A DNA stretch of 63,735 nucleotides, the filler included, from Lenisia limosa (lineage: Eukaryota > Protista > Breviatea), in NCBI GenBank assembly GCA_001655205.1. It is 13 parts of 13 records of this genome, joined end to end, with 100 filler letters (N's around TTAATTAATTAA, not from the genome) between each part and the next. Parts side by side here need not be neighbours in the genome. Positions count along the whole stretch, not along the records: positions 57,182 to 63,735 come from LPNZ01009789.1; 12 more parts are not named here. One strand, written 5' to 3'. The translations under genes and the position numbers were made by a program. The notes beneath the pieces are model-generated. The model ran no database searches. It was not told the origin of the DNA and saw nothing but the letters and a program-made list of their open reading frames with translations. Below, piece by piece: positions 61,330 through 63,735 of the stretch; the stretch's first letter is position 1, and each line of letters opens with the position of its first letter.

Positions 61330-63560
61330 TCATGAAAATCGAGCCATCCACACAGCCGATAGCGAGAGTGTCGTGGTCGTTACTGTCGTGGTTAGATCAA
61401 ACACCATCTTTAAGGGAAAAGTGGTTTGGCGCCTATGAACCCCCAAAAATAATAAAAAGACGACCAAATAAAACAGATGAACATGGTGATAAATAAAGGA
61501 AAGATGGTAATTAAGGGTTCCCTACGGTCCCAAAAGACCGAATTCCTCGATATATCCTCCATAAATATCGATATTTATTCGGTCTTTTTCGGATCGTAGG
61601 GAAGCCCTAATGGTAATAAAAACAAAGAGGTCCAAAAATGATGATCAAAAAAGAGGACCAATATGGTAAGAAGCAAGCAGCCAACCTGCAGCTATGCAGG
61701 GCAGTGGGAGTGGAAGGAATGGGGATGGCCGCGGAAAGTGCCAGTTCAGTGGGAGGCGCATGCGTAGGGATGTCGTAGATGATGATGGCGTGACTATGAG
61801 CAACAACAAGCCGGTTGCCACTAAGGCCTGTAATGGCGACAATCGGGAAGTCTGGGGGGGGGGGNNNNNNNNNNAAGCAAAAAAAAAGCCCAAATAAACA
61901 AAACCTCTCAACAACTGTTGAAGAATAATGATATAAACCCATTTGCCGTAATAATCCTAGCATATATCGATATGATGAAAATTAGAAAAAAAAAAGGGGA
62001 TCAAACAAAAAAAACAAAAAAAAAACAGTTGGCATACCGANNNNNNNNNNNNNNNNNNNNNNNNNNNNNNNNNNNNNNNNNNNNNNNNNNNNNNNNNNNN
62101 NNNNNNNNNNNNNNNNNNNNNNNNNNNNNNNNNNNNNNNNNNNNNNNNNNNNNNNNNNNNACGCAACACAGGCAATGTCGCCAATAAAGGTTGCCTAATA
62201 TGGTAAGTACGAACAAAAAAGGTTGCCTACTATGGTAAGTAAGAATAAAAGTCCTAACATGGTTAAGTCCGAACATGTTATTCTCACCATTCTTGTGCGA
62301 CTGTTCTTTGGAAGGTGGGTCACAAAGCTGCCATGGCATGATTGCTGCTGGAGTAAGATATTCTCAACTTGTATTTTATGATGTATAGAAATGAAACATA
62401 ATAACGGTAGTATCGCGCCGCGTGTGTTAGAATACGTGCGTATAAATGGAAACTTCTTATGAAGCAAAAATCAAATTTGTTGGCCATTTGGGCAACATAA
62501 GAGGGCTAAAAATAACAAAACCAAGGTCAGTCGTTTCGCATCCATCCTTGCNNNNNNNNNNNNNNNNNNNNNNNNNNNNNNNNNNNNNNNNNNNNNNNNN
62601 NNNNNNNNNNNNNNNNNNNNNNNNNNNNNNNNNNNNNNNNNNNNNNNNNNNNNNNNNNNNNNNNNNNNNNNNNNNNNNNNNNNNNNNNNNNNNNNNNNNN
62701 NNNNNNNNNNNNNNNNNNACCGACAAAAAAGCCTCTCTTGGCTACTCATTTGGATAACATACGAGGGTTAAAAACAACAAAAATAACAAAGCCCAGGCCA
62801 GTCTTCTGGTAGCCCCCACTTCAACGTTTTCTCAATACCCCCAAAAACACCAACACCAATAAGGATCCCCCATACACAGTACCAACACCAATAACAACAA
62901 CAGCAAGAAGAACAAGGCAGTAAGAGCAACAGCAATAAGAGCAACAGCAAGAACAACAACAGCAGAGAGCAACAGCAATAAGAGCAACAGCAATAAGAAC
63001 AAAGCAATAAGAGTAACAGCAATAAGAATAACAGCAATAAGAGTAACAGCAATAACAACAACAGCAATAAGAGCAACAGCAATAACAACAACAGCAATAA
63101 GAGCAACAGCAATACGAACAACAGCAATAGCAAACCCCCATACGCAACGGGGATGGTGTTGGCTTTCATGCGGGTGATGGCATCCTTGTAGTGCAGGCTG
63201 AGGGGGGGTGGGGATAATTGGAAAATTTATAAAACAAAAAAGTCCAAAATCAAAGGAAAATCTGGGATTTTTATGAGGAAGAGAGGTGTAAAGGTAAGAA
63301 TCACGAGGTGGCGAATAAGGATCGCATTTATTTTATGACAAATAGGAGGCAGGAGGGGAGAAAGAGTCAACAAAATAGACTGTTTAGGCTCAGATAAGTC
63401 TAGTTGTTTAGTGACGGCAACTCTTCCGGATACTTAACTTATCCGAACATACGATCCAGTTCCAATTGAGTCTTTATTGCAAAAATAAAAGAACATACTT
63501 GGGGGGCATGTGGTCAACAACACCGTTTTTCTTGTCGCCTCGAAGGATACTGGAGTGTGA
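61330..63560 (-). CDS. Exon fragments of a probable beta-propeller (WD40-like) protein
   Basis: LHYKDAITRMKAN; DFPIVAITGLSGNRLVVAHSHAIIIYDIP; PTALHSC; DTLAIGCVDGSIFMI*. Confidence 0.4.
61512..61609. mobile_element. hAT-type MITE family A2 (about 100 bp), same core as A1 with variant TIR
   Basis: TIR consensus TAGGGCTTCCCTACGGTCC; perfect 8-bp TSD ATGGTAAT on both sides of this copy. Other copies at 5620, 12804-12904 (attatatc/attatctc), 55487 and 57558-57657 (ataattag/attattag). Confidence 0.9.
62885..63135. repeat. Degenerate 15-bp tandem repeat (CAACAGCAATAAGAG)n, intronic
   Basis: Directly visible; it explains the spurious poly-Leu and poly-Cys ORFs. Confidence 0.9.
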
Positions 63561-63735
63561 GGAAAATATTATTGAATTTCTCGATAAATCCTCGAAAACT
63601 ATCGATATTTTATCGGCCTTTTTCGGACCGAAGTGAAACCCTAGTACTAATACAAAGTATTTGCTTCCCTCCCCCACTAGACAGTAGAACTCATGAATAA
63701 CAACCCCAGGAATATAATATTGATGAGAGATCGGA

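Noticed and set aside
62768-63169. Poly-Leu and Cys-rich ORFs
   Set aside because: Produced by the 15-bp tandem repeat inside an intron.
5620-63643. Regularly recurring ~100-bp palindromic repeats as CRISPR, REP or attC arrays
   Set aside because: Dispersed within spliceosomal introns with TIRs and 8-bp TSDs; no repeat-spacer periodicity and no cas or integrase genes.

Overview
Eukaryotic, intron-rich (GT-AG, standard code) draft genome. The window is a pseudo-scaffold. Twelve N-flanked TTAATTAATTAA linkers (4572, 9064, 11127, 12601, 14746, 18671, 30489, 44141, 51134, 52498, 54810, 57126) look like artificial contig joins, so adjacency across them is not trusted. Manual splicing identifies ornithine aminotransferase, RRN3/TIF-IA, a 5' part of RPT1/PSMC2, a 5' part of Pol5/MYBBP1A, the 3' part of FANCI, a presequence-bearing Fe-type SOD and a bacterial-type Thg1-like protein (TLP). 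It also shows a spliced phage tail-collar-like domain, a secreted SGNH-fold protein lacking its catalytic Ser, two paralogous fibrinogen-like (YCxxxxxGGxW) genes and several unassigned gene fragments. The gene content suggests a free-living protist, possibly amoebozoan (inference only). Introns are packed with at least six families of short repeats: hAT-type MITEs with 8-bp TSDs, a Tc1/mariner-type MITE, a Helentron/HINE-like element, and two G/C-tract-ended elements tied to splice sites. The most notable signal is family C. It is about 130 nt, lies on the sense strand of its host gene in every copy seen, often ends at the 3' splice site and sometimes makes up nearly a whole intron (introner-like). 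All identifications are by eye from remembered motifs, and exon coordinates are approximate.
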